From: Vulcanimicrobiota bacterium
GTDB taxonomy: Bacteria > Vulcanimicrobiota > Vulcanimicrobiia > Vulcanimicrobiales > Vulcanimicrobiaceae
Length of the DNA stretch: 64,000 nt
Direction: 5' to 3'
Assembly: GCA_963714015.1 (NCBI GenBank)
Contig: OY970223.1
Coordinates: 2,208,001 to 2,272,000, forward strand
Positions within the stretch are counted from its first letter, which is position 1; every line of letters starts with the position of its first letter. Below the pieces are notes generated by a model. It was not told the origin of the DNA. It saw only the letters and a program-made list of their open reading frames with translations, and made no database searches. The translations under genes and the position numbers were made by a program. Positions 33,446 to 43,566 of this stretch are shown here, piece after piece.

Positions 33446-36121
33446 CTATACTTTCTGAGATAGGGTGAACAAAAAGGCGCGTGGCGCCAAACCGAATTGC
33501 TCGGTTCCTTGCTGCAAGCCGCTGGTATCGGTGCCGTACGAGTTCTCAGGGATGAATACGCCTAATCCTATTCGGCCGTATATGTCCGAGGCTTCGTTGA
33601 ACAGGTTCGTCACGCCCAGAGTCGCGGCCAGCCCGTTACTCGTAACAGTTTGCGTCAATGCGGCGTTCGCAATGCCGAAAGGCCCGCGATTGAGCGGATT
33701 GTTTCCGGCGAAATGCGTGTAGTCCATATAGTATTCGGTTCGATCCGTGAGCGTCCAATCGAGCGTGGCACCGTACTTTTGCAGTGGGATCCCGACGAGC
33801 TGGCTGCCGTTTATCAAAGTAGGGTTAGACTGCTGCAAAAAGACCGGTGCATCGAAAATAGCCGAAGACTGCACGTCGTAGTACGCTTGCAGAGACATTC
33901 TGTGAAATCGGACGTTGCCGCTCAGCTCGATGCCGCGTGCGCGCTGTTTGGCCAAGTTGACGTTGGTCACGACCACCAAGTTCGAAATCGTCGGCGGAGC
34001 GCTCGGCGGGGAGAAGTTCGGGCAAATCGACTGGATGTGGGCGAAGATCGACGGAAGGTACGTCGAGCCCGCGGCGTTCAAGATGTCCTGGAAGTTCGAG
34101 GCCGGCACGTCTGCTTGGAAGATCGTATTCGTCTCGTTCGTATCGTACAGGACACCTTGCACCGATGCGTTTGCGTTGAAGCGGTGGCCGTAGGAGAATT
34201 CCAGATCGGCGGCTCGCTCCGGCTGCTCGTTCGGCGATTGCGCTTCGCCCACAGAGAAAATCTTACAGTTTCCGGCGCCGATGCCGCCCACTCCGGTGAG
34301 TTGCAGCGCCAGGGGCGCGGGATCCGCCGAAGACTTGCCGCCGGTTAACCGCAGCATGTCAGATCGAGTCGGGCGGAATAGTATGGACAACCGCGGATCG
34401 AACGAGTTGCCCCCGACGTTCGAGCTCTTCATCCATGCATTCAGGAAGAACGAGAGCGGTTGGGACGGCTGATACACCTCGCGAACGAAGAAACTGTTGA
34501 GGCGGTCGAATATCGGCGCATGGCCCAACACCGCAGTGCCGCTGATGTTGTCGCCGTTCGTGTACTGGCGCATCGAGAAGAGGCCGAAGCCGACGTCGTT
34601 TTTGGAAAGCGAGATGTCGTCGCTCAAAAGCGTTCCCATCGAGCGGTAGTCGACGTCCAAGATCGAGAGGGGCCCGTTGACGAACGACTCCGGCCGTTCG
34701 CGGTACTGCGTGTAGTTGTCTAGGTAAGAGTCCAAAACCACTAGGTTGCGGCCTTCGGTGGTCGTCATGCGCGCGTGATAATCTTGATTGCCCAAATGCT
34801 GGTATGCGCCGGGGCCTCCGCCGGCGGGACCGCTCGCATTCGCGGCGTACTGCTGCGGGGTGTAGCACTGCGTACCGGCATCCGTGCTCACGCTCAGGCC
34901 CGGTGAACCCGCACCGGTCGTGCAGTTCGTATTGTGCTGTGCTTGATAAAGTGAGTAGTCGTACGTGACGAAGTCGTTATCGCCCTCACCGGTCTTGTCG
35001 TCCAAAGAATTGGCAGCGTATGCGGTGAAGCTCAAGTTCGTGGCGGGCGAAAATGCGTATTGCACTTTCGCGAGATCGTTGGCAATATTGTAGTTTCCGG
35101 AAACGTAGTACGTAACGCCGCTCAAAGTGGCCGACGTAAAATCGTTACCCCGGATGCCGGTTTGCGGAATGATCGCACCTGGAAAATTCCCGAGCGTGTT
35201 CTCGATGCCGTGGACGAACGCGTAGCTCAGCTTGCCGAGAGTTCCAGTGGCCTGCGCATCGGCAATTTGGGTACCCATGTCGCCGTACGCCATTTTCAGC
35301 AGCCCTTCCGGACGCTGACTGGCTTGGATCGTTTGAAAATCGACGGCACCGCCGACAGCGTCCACTCCGTACAAGCCCGTCGCGCCGGAGCCGTACGTTA
35401 CGAGGGTATTCTGCAGCGCGAAGAGGGGAGCGACCTGATAGTCGAATCCGCCGTTGCCTCCGCCGATCCGCGAAGGGTAGACGCCGATAGGGCCAATCGG
35501 ATGTCCATCCAGCAGCACTTGCGTCTCGCTAGGCTTTAAGCCGCGTATGTCGACTGAGATGTCGTCGCCCACCGCGGAGTCTTGCCCGACTAGATTAACG
35601 CCCGGCAGCTCTGCAAGCCCCTCCGCCGCCCGCAGCTGGCCTACGTTCTGCATCAGTTTCGGATCGATCTGAGTTTGGACGGCCGTGGTCGTTTGCAGAC
35701 CACTCGCGCGCGTAGTCACATGAGCGATGGTCTTTTCTGACGATATATTCGCGGCCTGGAGGCGCGAGATCGTCACCGACACCTGCACCGGCGCACCTCC
35801 GACCACGATATCGTCCGAGCGAGCGGTTTGATATCCCGCTGCACTGACCTGAAGGTTATAAATTCCGGGCGCGACATTCGAGAACGTGAATGCCCCCGAC
35901 GGATCCGAAGTGGCATGCGCCACCGTATGATCTCCCTGGACCAACGCGATGGCCGCCCCCGGAACGGGAAGCGCCGCCCGGAGCTCCAGCACCGTGCCGG
36001 TTATCGTCGCGCCGGTGGCAGCCGGCTGCTGCGCGCGGACGAACGACGGCGTCGTTAAGAAGGCGGCGCAAACGAGAGCGCAGATGATGAACCGTATCTT
36101 GCGTGCGTCGAGTAACTGCAT
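33446..36121 (-). CDS. TonB-dependent receptor (paralog 1)
   Basis: Intact 891-aa ORF; signal peptide, plug VDIRGL..LLDGHP..AVGGAVDF, LGVTNLF. Confidence 0.9.
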   Translation of the reverse strand: MQLLDARKIRFIICALVCAAFLTTPSFVRAQQPAATGATITGTVLELRAALPVPGAAIALVQGDHTVAHATSDPSGAFTFSNVAPGIYNLQVSAAGYQTARSDDIVVGGAPVQVSVTISRLQAANISSEKTIAHVTTRASGLQTTTAVQTQIDPKLMQNVGQLRAAEGLAELPGVNLVGQDSAVGDDISVDIRGLKPSETQVLLDGHPIGPIGVYPSRIGGGNGGFDYQVAPLFALQNTLVTYGSGATGLYGVDAVGGAVDFQTIQASQRPEGLLKMAYGDMGTQIADAQATGTLGKLSYAFVHGIENTLGNFPGAIIPQTGIRGNDFTSATLSGVTYYVSGNYNIANDLAKVQYAFSPATNLSFTAYAANSLDDKTGEGDNDFVTYDYSLYQAQHNTNCTTGAGSPGLSVSTDAGTQCYTPQQYAANASGPAGGGPGAYQHLGNQDYHARMTTTEGRNLVVLDSYLDNYTQYRERPESFVNGPLSILDVDYRSMGTLLSDDISLSKNDVGFGLFSMRQYTNGDNISGTAVLGHAPIFDRLNSFFVREVYQPSQPLSFFLNAWMKSSNVGGNSFDPRLSILFRPTRSDMLRLTGGKSSADPAPLALQLTGVGGIGAGNCKIFSVGEAQSPNEQPERAADLEFSYGHRFNANASVQGVLYDTNETNTIFQADVPASNFQDILNAAGSTYLPSIFAHIQSICPNFSPPSAPPTISNLVVVTNVNLAKQRARGIELSGNVRFHRMSLQAYYDVQSSAIFDAPVFLQQSNPTLINGSQLVGIPLQKYGATLDWTLTDRTEYYMDYTHFAGNNPLNRGPFGIANAALTQTVTSNGLAATLGVTNLFNEASDIYGRIGLGVFIPENSYGTDTSGLQQGTEQFGLAPRAFLFTLSQKV

Positions 36122-36159
36122 AATGCGGACGCTCCAACTTCAATGTCCCGCCGAACTCA

Positions 36160-36945
36160 TCAGTCGCCGGGAGCGGATGCGACGGAAGCGCCGGTCATAA
36201 GACTGACGGCGCGGTCCATCGTAGTTGTTTTGGGATCCAACGATCCGACCCGGCGACCGTGGCGAAGAACGACGATCCTATCGGCCGCTTCGAAAACGTG
36301 CGGCAGATTGTGGCTGATGAAGATGACCGATATGCCTTTCGCGCAAACGCGCTGCATAAGACCAAGGACCAGTGCCGACTGCGCTACGCCGAGTGCCGCA
36401 GTGGGCTCGTCCATGATGACGACGCGCTTTCCCCACAGAACCGCACGCGCAACGGCGATGGCCTGCCGTTGTCCCCCGGAAAGCGTGTCGACGGTTTGAC
36501 GGATTTTCGAAACTTTGATTCCGAAGTCGTGCAGATGACGTTCCGCTTGCCCGCGCATAGCGGAATCGTCGAAGAAATCGAATCTTCCCAGGAATCCCTT
36601 GCGAACCGGTTCGCGGCCTAAGAATAAGTTTGCCGCCACGTCCAAGTCCGGAGCAAGGGCCAAATCCTGATACACCGTTTCGATTCCCGCACGCTGCGCG
36701 TCGCGCGGGCCGCCGAACGTACGAGCCACGCCGTCGACGAGGACCGCTCCCGTATCGGGCGTGACGGCGCCCGAAAGAATCTTCGTCAGCGTCGATTTTC
36801 CCGCTCCGTTGTCACCGATAAGTGCGACGATCTCTCCGGGATACGCTTCGAAATCGACGTCTTCGAGCGCGACGACCTTGCCGTAGCGCTTCGAGACGCC
36901 TTTCGCTTCGAGGACGGCCGCTCGAACGCCGGCAGCGACGCTCAC
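36160..36945 (-). CDS. Sugar ABC transporter ATP-binding protein (single domain)
   Basis: Walker A GDNGAGKST, LSGGQRQ and MDEPTAALG. Confidence 0.92.
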   Translation of the reverse strand: MSVAAGVRAAVLEAKGVSKRYGKVVALEDVDFEAYPGEIVALIGDNGAGKSTLTKILSGAVTPDTGAVLVDGVARTFGGPRDAQRAGIETVYQDLALAPDLDVAANLFLGREPVRKGFLGRFDFFDDSAMRGQAERHLHDFGIKVSKIRQTVDTLSGGQRQAIAVARAVLWGKRVVIMDEPTAALGVAQSALVLGLMQRVCAKGISVIFISHNLPHVFEAADRIVVLRHGRRVGSLDPKTTTMDRAVSLMTGASVASAPGD

Positions 36946-37955
36946 GCGGACGCCGCCAGTCGCTTGCGATGCTGATCGGCAAAGACGAAAGCGATGATCA
37001 GCGCGCCTTCGAGCATGCGCGCAACCTGCGGATCGAAGTTCATCAGGTTCAGTCCGTTCGTCATAATCTGCACGAGCAAGACCCCTAAGAACGTGCCGGC
37101 GATCGTGCCGCGCGCTCCGAAAAGACTGGCGCCGCCCAGAACGGCTGCGGCAATGGCATCCAATTCGAAGCCCGTTCCGGCGTTCGGATCGCCTTGCGAT
37201 TGACGCGCCGTGATCAGCAGACCGCCGAGCGCCGCAAGCACGCCGCTAATCGCGTAGACCGTCAGGATCGTTGCGCCGACGTTGACGCCGGCGCGTCGCG
37301 CACTCTCGCGGTTGCTTCCGACGGCGTAAATATAGCGGCCCCGTCGCGTAAAGTGCAGAAAAATGCCGCAGATCGCGCTCACCCCAAGCAGCACCCAAAA
37401 GAGGTTGGGAATTCCGAACGTGCTGTCCGACGCGAAATTCACGAAGCCAGGCGCGTCGAACGCCACTTGTTGGCCATTGCCGAGAATCTGCGTAAGACCG
37501 CGCAAAACGCCTAACATGCCGAGCGTGACGATGAACGGCGGAAGCGCGCCGCCCAGAATGAGCGCGCCGTTCAGCAAACCCACGGCAAGTCCCGCCGTAA
37601 TCACGATCGGCAAGACGAATGCAACGGGCAGTTGGTTCGAGAGCGACAGCGCAGCCAGTATGCCGCCGAACCCCAAAAGCGATCCCACGGAAAGATCGAT
37701 CCCGGCGGTGATGATGACGAACGTTTCGCCTACGGCGATGATTCCCACCACGGCCATCTGGCGCGCGTTGTTTTCGATATTTTCAACGCTCAGGAATCCC
37801 GGCGCCGCCGCAGCGAAGACGACGAACAGCACGACGATGATGCCGACGAGGCCGAGGCGCAACATCGCCGTCCACACGGCCAAACGCCGATCGTCGCGGG
37901 TTGCCGGCGTGCCGGCACTGCGTTCCGGGGTGACGTTTGCCACACTCGGCGTCAT
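36942..37955 (-). CDS. Sugar ABC transporter permease (RbsC-like)
   Basis: GIDLSVGS, PPFIVTLG and ELDAIAAAVLGGASL; the ATG overlaps the upstream stop. Confidence 0.9.
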   Translation of the reverse strand: MTPSVANVTPERSAGTPATRDDRRLAVWTAMLRLGLVGIIVVLFVVFAAAAPGFLSVENIENNARQMAVVGIIAVGETFVIITAGIDLSVGSLLGFGGILAALSLSNQLPVAFVLPIVITAGLAVGLLNGALILGGALPPFIVTLGMLGVLRGLTQILGNGQQVAFDAPGFVNFASDSTFGIPNLFWVLLGVSAICGIFLHFTRRGRYIYAVGSNRESARRAGVNVGATILTVYAISGVLAALGGLLITARQSQGDPNAGTGFELDAIAAAVLGGASLFGARGTIAGTFLGVLLVQIMTNGLNLMNFDPQVARMLEGALIIAFVFADQHRKRLAASA

Positions 37956-39021
37956 ACCGGCCGCGAAAAACCCATGTGACGCTTTGCTACGGGATCGAGC
38001 AGACGCTTGAATCTGCGGCGAATCGACGTTCTCCGGCGTCGCCGCGAAGACGCCCGTATCGATATTTTTGGGCACGTCGACGCCTGCTGCCGCCAATACT
38101 CCGTACGCCACACCGCCGTACCCCATTTGATACGGGTCTTGCAGGATGATCCCGTCAACGCTTCCCGATCGCAAAGCGCGCACGAGTTGCGGCGAGGGGT
38201 CGAAGCCTACCAACGAAATTTTTTTCGGATCCGTCCGATTCTCTCGAAACGCCGTGAGGGCGCCTTGCAAGGTGATGAGCGAGTCGGCAAAATAGCCGGC
38301 GAGATTGGGAAAGCGCGTCAGCGTGTCGGCAACGATACTGATGGGCTTTGTCGATTGGTCGCCGCCCGCGTCCTTGTGCGATACGACCTGAATGTTCGGA
38401 TATGCTTTGAGCGCGTCCAGGAAACCGCGATCGCGCAGCGTGAGTGAACCAACGCCGCTCAAGAAGGTCGAATAGGCAATCTGCCCGGCAGCGAGCTCCC
38501 GTTTTCTTGCGGATCGACTCGACGAGCGTGTGGGCCGCCAACATGCCGGCGGCGTGATTGTCCGTGGCCAAGAACGTGTCGTATGCCGTCGTGTTTGCAC
38601 CAGAGTCGATCAGAATGACTTTGATGCCGGCATCGTGGGCTTTTTGAATGGCCGGGACGAGCGCGCTGGCGGCTGTCGGAGCGAGCGCGATGAAACTCGG
38701 CCGCTTAGCGATTGCGTCTTCGACGATCTCAATCTGTCCGTGAATATTTGCCTCGGAGTTCGCGCCCGTGAACTGCAGCGCGTCTAGCCCGAACTGTTTG
38801 GCGGCGCTCTTGCCCCCGGCCAAACACGCCTGCCAGTAATCGGAGTTCGGGGTTTTAACGATAAATGAGAACCGGACCGCGCCCAGCGACGATTTAGCGC
38901 CTTGCGCGCAGTCGGTCAAGAACAGCAGTCCGGCGGCGCCGGCGGACGCCGGAGAAGATGCCGGCGTGAAAAGTCGGGCACGCGACCTCCAGAAAGCAGG
39001 CTTTCTCCCCAACTTCACCAT
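37952..39021 (-). CDS. Sugar ABC transporter substrate-binding protein (RbsB-like), at least two frameshifts
   Basis: SDYWQ, VILIDSG, ATDNHAAG, VGFD and LQDPYQMGY distributed over frames. Confidence 0.8.
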
Positions 39022-39022
39022 G

Positions 39023-39105
39023 TTATTGCGTCATTGTCAATATCATTGCAAAACCGTGCCGTATGCTTTATGCTTGTGCGGAGCCTTATTGAGAATAGTG
39101 CAATA
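39023..39105. promoter_or_regulatory. Two TATTG-N9-CAATA inverted repeats in the divergent promoter region (candidate IclR operators)
   Basis: TATTGcgtcattgtCAATA at 39024-39042 and TATTGagaatagtgCAATA at 39087-39105. Confidence 0.55.
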
Positions 39106-39120
39106 GAGGGAACGATTCGC

Positions 39121-39911
39121 CTGAGAAACCCAACGCTGATCAACTCTCTGGCGCGCGGCGTCAGCTATTCTACGCTTGCTGGCGGAGCGCGGCGGTGCTT
39201 TGGGGGTGACCGAGGTCGCCGAGCGCCTGCAAGTCGATCCGAGCACCGCATACCGTCTGCTCAGTACGCTCGAGGGCGATGGTTTCGTACGTCCAGGACC
39301 CGGCGACGAAAAAGTATTCGATTGGATACGGCGTGCTGGAAGTGGCGGCTGGACTACTGCGCGGCATGAGTGTCGTCGACGCCGCAAAGCCGTTCATGAG
39401 CGCGCTCTCGGCGAGTACCGGCGAAAACACGCACGTTGCAGTGCGAGAACCGGCGCGCGGCCGTTTCGGTCGGTTCCGAGTCCGCTTCCGGCATACTGCG
39501 CGTCGAAACAAAGGTCGGATCGGCCGAGCCCCTGCACTGCACGGCAGTGGGGAAGGCGCTGCTCTTCGACTATACGTATGCGCAGCTCGCCGAGCTTTTC
39601 GGCGGCGAGCCGCTGCAGCGTTATACGCCCAAACGATTACGACGCTCGATCTGCTCGATGCGGAACTTGCGCGCGTCCGCCGCCTAGGATATTCCCTGGA
39701 CGATGAGGAGTTGCATCCGGGAGTGCGCTGCATTGCGGCGCCCGTGCGGGATCACTTGGGCCGAGTCGTAGCGGCCTTCGGCATATCCTCGCCGGCGGTG
39801 CGCCTGAGCCGCGCCCGCATTCCGGAACTGGCGGAAGAGATTCGAACCGCCGCCGCGGCAATTTCCGTGCAGCTCGGAAACACAGCGCAGCGGGCGCCGG
39901 CGCTTCCCTGA
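39121..39911 (+). CDS. IclR family transcriptional regulator, several frameshifts, start uncertain
   Basis: INSLARG, HTH GVTEVAERLQVDPSTAYRLLSTL, PLHCTAVGKALL and GYSLDDEE..GVRCIAAPV. Confidence 0.85.
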
Positions 39912-39927
39912 AACGAGGGATGTACGA

Positions 39928-41736
39928 ATGCGAATGACGGGAGGCCAAATCGTCGCGGCGTACCTGATCCGTGAAGGCATGCCGATGCTGTTCGGCGTGC
40001 CCGGGCATGGAATCACCGCACTGCTCGACGCATTCGTCGATCGCCGCGGCGAGATTTCCGTAGTTCAAGCTATCCACGAGCAGGGCGCGGCACATATGGC
40101 CGACGCTTACTATCGCGTGGCCCGCAAACCGTGCGGCGTTTTCACTTCGATCGGCCCGGGCGCGGCCAACACCGCGATGGGCGTCGCAAACGCATACATC
40201 GATTCCATCCCGCTGCTTCTGCTGACGGGTTCCGTGCATACGTACATGCGCGGGCGCGGAGTACTTCAAGAGCTCGAACGAACGCATTGGGCGAATTTTC
40301 CGCGAATGATGGAACCGGTCGTGAAACGTTGGTGGCAGCCGTGCAGTGCGGACCAGCTGCCCAACGTGCTGCACCTGGCTTTCAACGTAATGCTCGAAGG
40401 CCGCCGCGGTCCCGCGTACATCGACATTCCGATGGATGTGCAGGCGGAGTACGCGGACGTTGAGCATCTTCCGAAGCCCGTTTCGCGCAGGGCCAGGGGC
40501 CGCACGCACGGCGATCCCGCAATGGTCGAAGAGGCTGCAAAACTCTTGCTGGCTGCTGAGCGGCCCGTCATCATCGTCGGCGGCGGCTTGTCTGCCTCGC
40601 AAGGTTACAGTGAACTGCGCGAAGTTGCCGAGTTTATCGGTGCGGCGGTGACGGTCACGTGGATGGGTAAAGGGTCCATATCTGAAGATCACGAGCTGTA
40701 TGCATGGCCCTGCGGCGATCTCGGTTCGATCTCCGGGAATACGCTGACGCGTGAGGCCGACGTGATTCTTTCCGTCGGCTGCCGCTTCACCGATCGAACG
40801 GCATCGTCTTTCCGCCGAGGCGCGACGTTTAACATACCGCCGACGAAGCTGATCCAAATCGACCTCGACCCGTATGAAATCGGGAAAAATTACGACGTCG
40901 AAGTGGGAATCGTCGGCGATGCAAAAGCGACGCTAGCCGATCTGGTGAGCGCGCTGCGCGACCTTTCCAAGCCGCGCGACTATCGGAATACGCCGTACTT
41001 CGGCCGCATCGCGGAGTTGAAGACGCAATGGGAATCGGCGCTTGCATCGTCGCGCGAAAGCGACGCCGCCCCGATGACGATTTCGCGCGCTCTGGTCGAG
41101 CTGCGCAAAGTACTGGACCGCGATGCGATCGTCGTTACCGGAGCCGGGAATCCGCAGAGTCAAGTATTCAACGAGTTTCCGGTTTACGGTCCGGGCCAGC
41201 ACATAACGGCGGGCGGCTTCTCCGCCATGGGATTTGAAGTGCCCGGCGCGATCGGCGCGAAACTCGCAGCCCCGGATCGACAAGTCGTCGCCGTGGTCGG
41301 CGACGGAAGCTTCCTGCAGACGGCTCAAGAATTGGCGATGGCCGCGCAGTACGACATTCCGGCGGTATTCCTCGTCATGAACAACTACGGGTGGGAGTGT
41401 ATCAAGAACCTGCAGGTACTGCAGTTCGGGCCGGACCGCGTCATCGCAACGAACTTCAAGAAGCCTGACGGAACGCCGTTCTCAGCCGATCTTGCACTGA
41501 TGTCGAAAGCAATGGGCTGCCACTCCGAGCGCGTCGAGCACCCGGCCGAAGTCGGACCGGCGCTGCGGCGCGCGTTTGCCAGCGGACGCCCTGCGGTCGT
41601 TGAGGCATTGTGCAGCCGCGAGCTGCCCGGCAGCGGTTTAACCTCGACCGGATGGTGGGACGTCACGGTTCCCGCGTACCATCTAGACAAACGCAAAGCC
41701 TATGAGAAGGCCCGTTCGGAGGAGGCGCTCACGTAG
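39928..41736 (+). CDS. ThDP-dependent enzyme (acetolactate-synthase fold; IolD-like role inferred from context)
   Basis: FGVPGHG, HEQGAAHMAD and the ThDP motif GDGSF...NN; first enzyme of the iol-like operon. Confidence 0.8.
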   Translation: MRMTGGQIVAAYLIREGMPMLFGVPGHGITALLDAFVDRRGEISVVQAIHEQGAAHMADAYYRVARKPCGVFTSIGPGAANTAMGVANAYIDSIPLLLLTGSVHTYMRGRGVLQELERTHWANFPRMMEPVVKRWWQPCSADQLPNVLHLAFNVMLEGRRGPAYIDIPMDVQAEYADVEHLPKPVSRRARGRTHGDPAMVEEAAKLLLAAERPVIIVGGGLSASQGYSELREVAEFIGAAVTVTWMGKGSISEDHELYAWPCGDLGSISGNTLTREADVILSVGCRFTDRTASSFRRGATFNIPPTKLIQIDLDPYEIGKNYDVEVGIVGDAKATLADLVSALRDLSKPRDYRNTPYFGRIAELKTQWESALASSRESDAAPMTISRALVELRKVLDRDAIVVTGAGNPQSQVFNEFPVYGPGQHITAGGFSAMGFEVPGAIGAKLAAPDRQVVAVVGDGSFLQTAQELAMAAQYDIPAVFLVMNNYGWECIKNLQVLQFGPDRVIATNFKKPDGTPFSADLALMSKAMGCHSERVEHPAEVGPALRRAFASGRPAVVEALCSRELPGSGLTSTGWWDVTVPAYHLDKRKAYEKARSEEALT

Positions 41737-42743
41737 TGGCCAGCGTTCCCGCGACGGCGGTTTTCGGCGCCGGACGAATCGGCAGAGTGCACGCACGAAA
41801 TCTTGCCGTCGAGCACGGCGCGGCTTTCGCCGGTGTGGCCGACGTCGATGAAGATGCAGCGGCGCGGCTCGTCGCCGAGTTAGGCTGCGGCCGCGCGGGA
41901 TCGGTCGAATCCTTTCTGCAGGATCCGGACGTAACCGCAGTTGTGATCGCGACACCGACCGGCACGCACGCAGATCTTATCGAGCGGTGCGCCTCCGCCC
42001 GAAAGCATATTTTCTGTGAAAAGCCGATCTCGCTGGACGTCGATGAGACCAATCGCGCAATCGCCGCCGTACGCCGTGCGGGCGTAACGATGCAAATCGG
42101 CTTTCAGCGGCGGTTCGACCCGAAGTTCGTGCGGGCGCGGCGTGCAGTCGAGTCGAACGAGCTCGGTCCGGTACGTTTCATACGGCTCGTCGGCCGCGAC
42201 CGCGCCCTGCCGCCAATCGAATACATTCGTACGAGCGGCGGTCAGTACAAAGATCAAATGATACACGATTTCGACGCTGCGCGCTGGCTCGCCGGTGAGG
42301 AAGTGGAAGAGGTGGTAGCAGTCGGAAGCGCGCTTGCCGATCGCCGGGTTGCGGATGCGGGCGACGTCGATACTGCCGTGGCTTGCCTGCGTTTCGCTTC
42401 AGGCGCCTTAGCGGTCATCGATGCATCGCGCGAAGCTCCCTACGGTTACGACGCGCGATTGGAGATTCAGGGATCGCGAGGCCTGTTCTTGGACGACGAT
42501 CGGCTGCGTTCGGGAACGGTGATGGACGCGTCATTTCTCACGCCGGACGCCGACTCGTTCGCGGATCGGTTCGGCGAAGCGTACAAGGTCGAACTTCACG
42601 AATTTCTCGCTGCGCTCGAGCGCGGCTCCGCTCCCAAAGCGCGCGGTGAGGACGCGCTCCAGGCGCTTCGCATAGCAATCGCAGCCGATCGCTCGCGGCG
42701 CGAACGGCGAACAGTGCAGCTCGCCGAGATCGAAGGCGCTTAA
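41736..42743 (+). CDS. iolG: Inositol 2-dehydrogenase (Gfo/Idh/MocA family)
   Basis: GAGRIG, CEKPI, GFQRRFD, DQMIHDFD and YGYDARLE. Confidence 0.8.
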   Translation: MASVPATAVFGAGRIGRVHARNLAVEHGAAFAGVADVDEDAAARLVAELGCGRAGSVESFLQDPDVTAVVIATPTGTHADLIERCASARKHIFCEKPISLDVDETNRAIAAVRRAGVTMQIGFQRRFDPKFVRARRAVESNELGPVRFIRLVGRDRALPPIEYIRTSGGQYKDQMIHDFDAARWLAGEEVEEVVAVGSALADRRVADAGDVDTAVACLRFASGALAVIDASREAPYGYDARLEIQGSRGLFLDDDRLRSGTVMDASFLTPDADSFADRFGEAYKVELHEFLAALERGSAPKARGEDALQALRIAIAADRSRRERRTVQLAEIEGA

Positions 42744-42747
42744 GCAC

Positions 42748-43561
42748 GTGAGCAGCCCGCTACTTCTGCGCGGCAGCCCGAACGATTTCGGCGAAGTCGT
42801 GCGAGCGACACCGGGCGGCCCGGATTGGAACTACATCGATTTCCGCGTCCTGCGCATTCCGAAAGGCCAGACGGAGGCTCGAACCACCGATGGCAACGAA
42901 TTGCTCGCCGTGTTCGTCGAGGGAACGGCGGACGTGCATTCGTGCGAAGGCGCATGGAACGCTGTCGGCGAGCGGATATCGCCGTTCGAAGGGCCGCCGC
43001 AAGCGGTGTACCTTCCCCCGGACTCTCGTTATGTCATCAAGGCAATCACCGATTGCGAAATCGCCCTGTGCGCCGCCGTGGCGCGGCGGGCCGCGCCGGC
43101 GACCGAGACTTGTCGCTTTGCGCGACACCGACGCGCGGACGCGAGGAACGGGCGCAGCCGAGCGCACTGTGTACGACTTGCTGATGAGCCCGGACGAAGC
43201 TTCGACGCTCTTCGTCACGGAAGTGTTCACGCCCGCAGGAAACTGGTCGAGCTATCCTCCTCACAAACATGACGTGGACGATCCGCCGCGCGAGTCGGCG
43301 CTCGAGGAACTTTACTATTACCGCGCGTCGCCGCCCGCGGGCTTTGCGTTTCAGCGCATCTACACCGCCGACGGAGAGCTGGACGAGACGATAACGGCGC
43401 ATAATCGCGACGCTGTGCTCGTGCCGCGCGGCTATCACGTCTGCGCGGCCGCTGCGGAATACAGCATCTATTACTTGAACGTTCTCGCCGGTCCAAAGCA
43501 CGTCTATCACATGACCTTCGATCCCGAGCACGAGTGGATCAAGCGGGATTGGGTGTGGTGA
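42748..43561 (+). CDS. iolB: 5-deoxy-glucuronate isomerase, frameshift near 43085
   Basis: EVFTPAGNWSSYPPHKHD, LEELYYYR, LVPRGYH and YYLNVLAGP. Confidence 0.9.
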
Positions 43562-43566
43562 GCGCG

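Noticed and set aside
36942..38600. 552-aa SBP-permease fusion
   Set aside because: Explained by frameshifts in the SBP gene; the permease has its own ATG overlapping a stop at 37952-37955.
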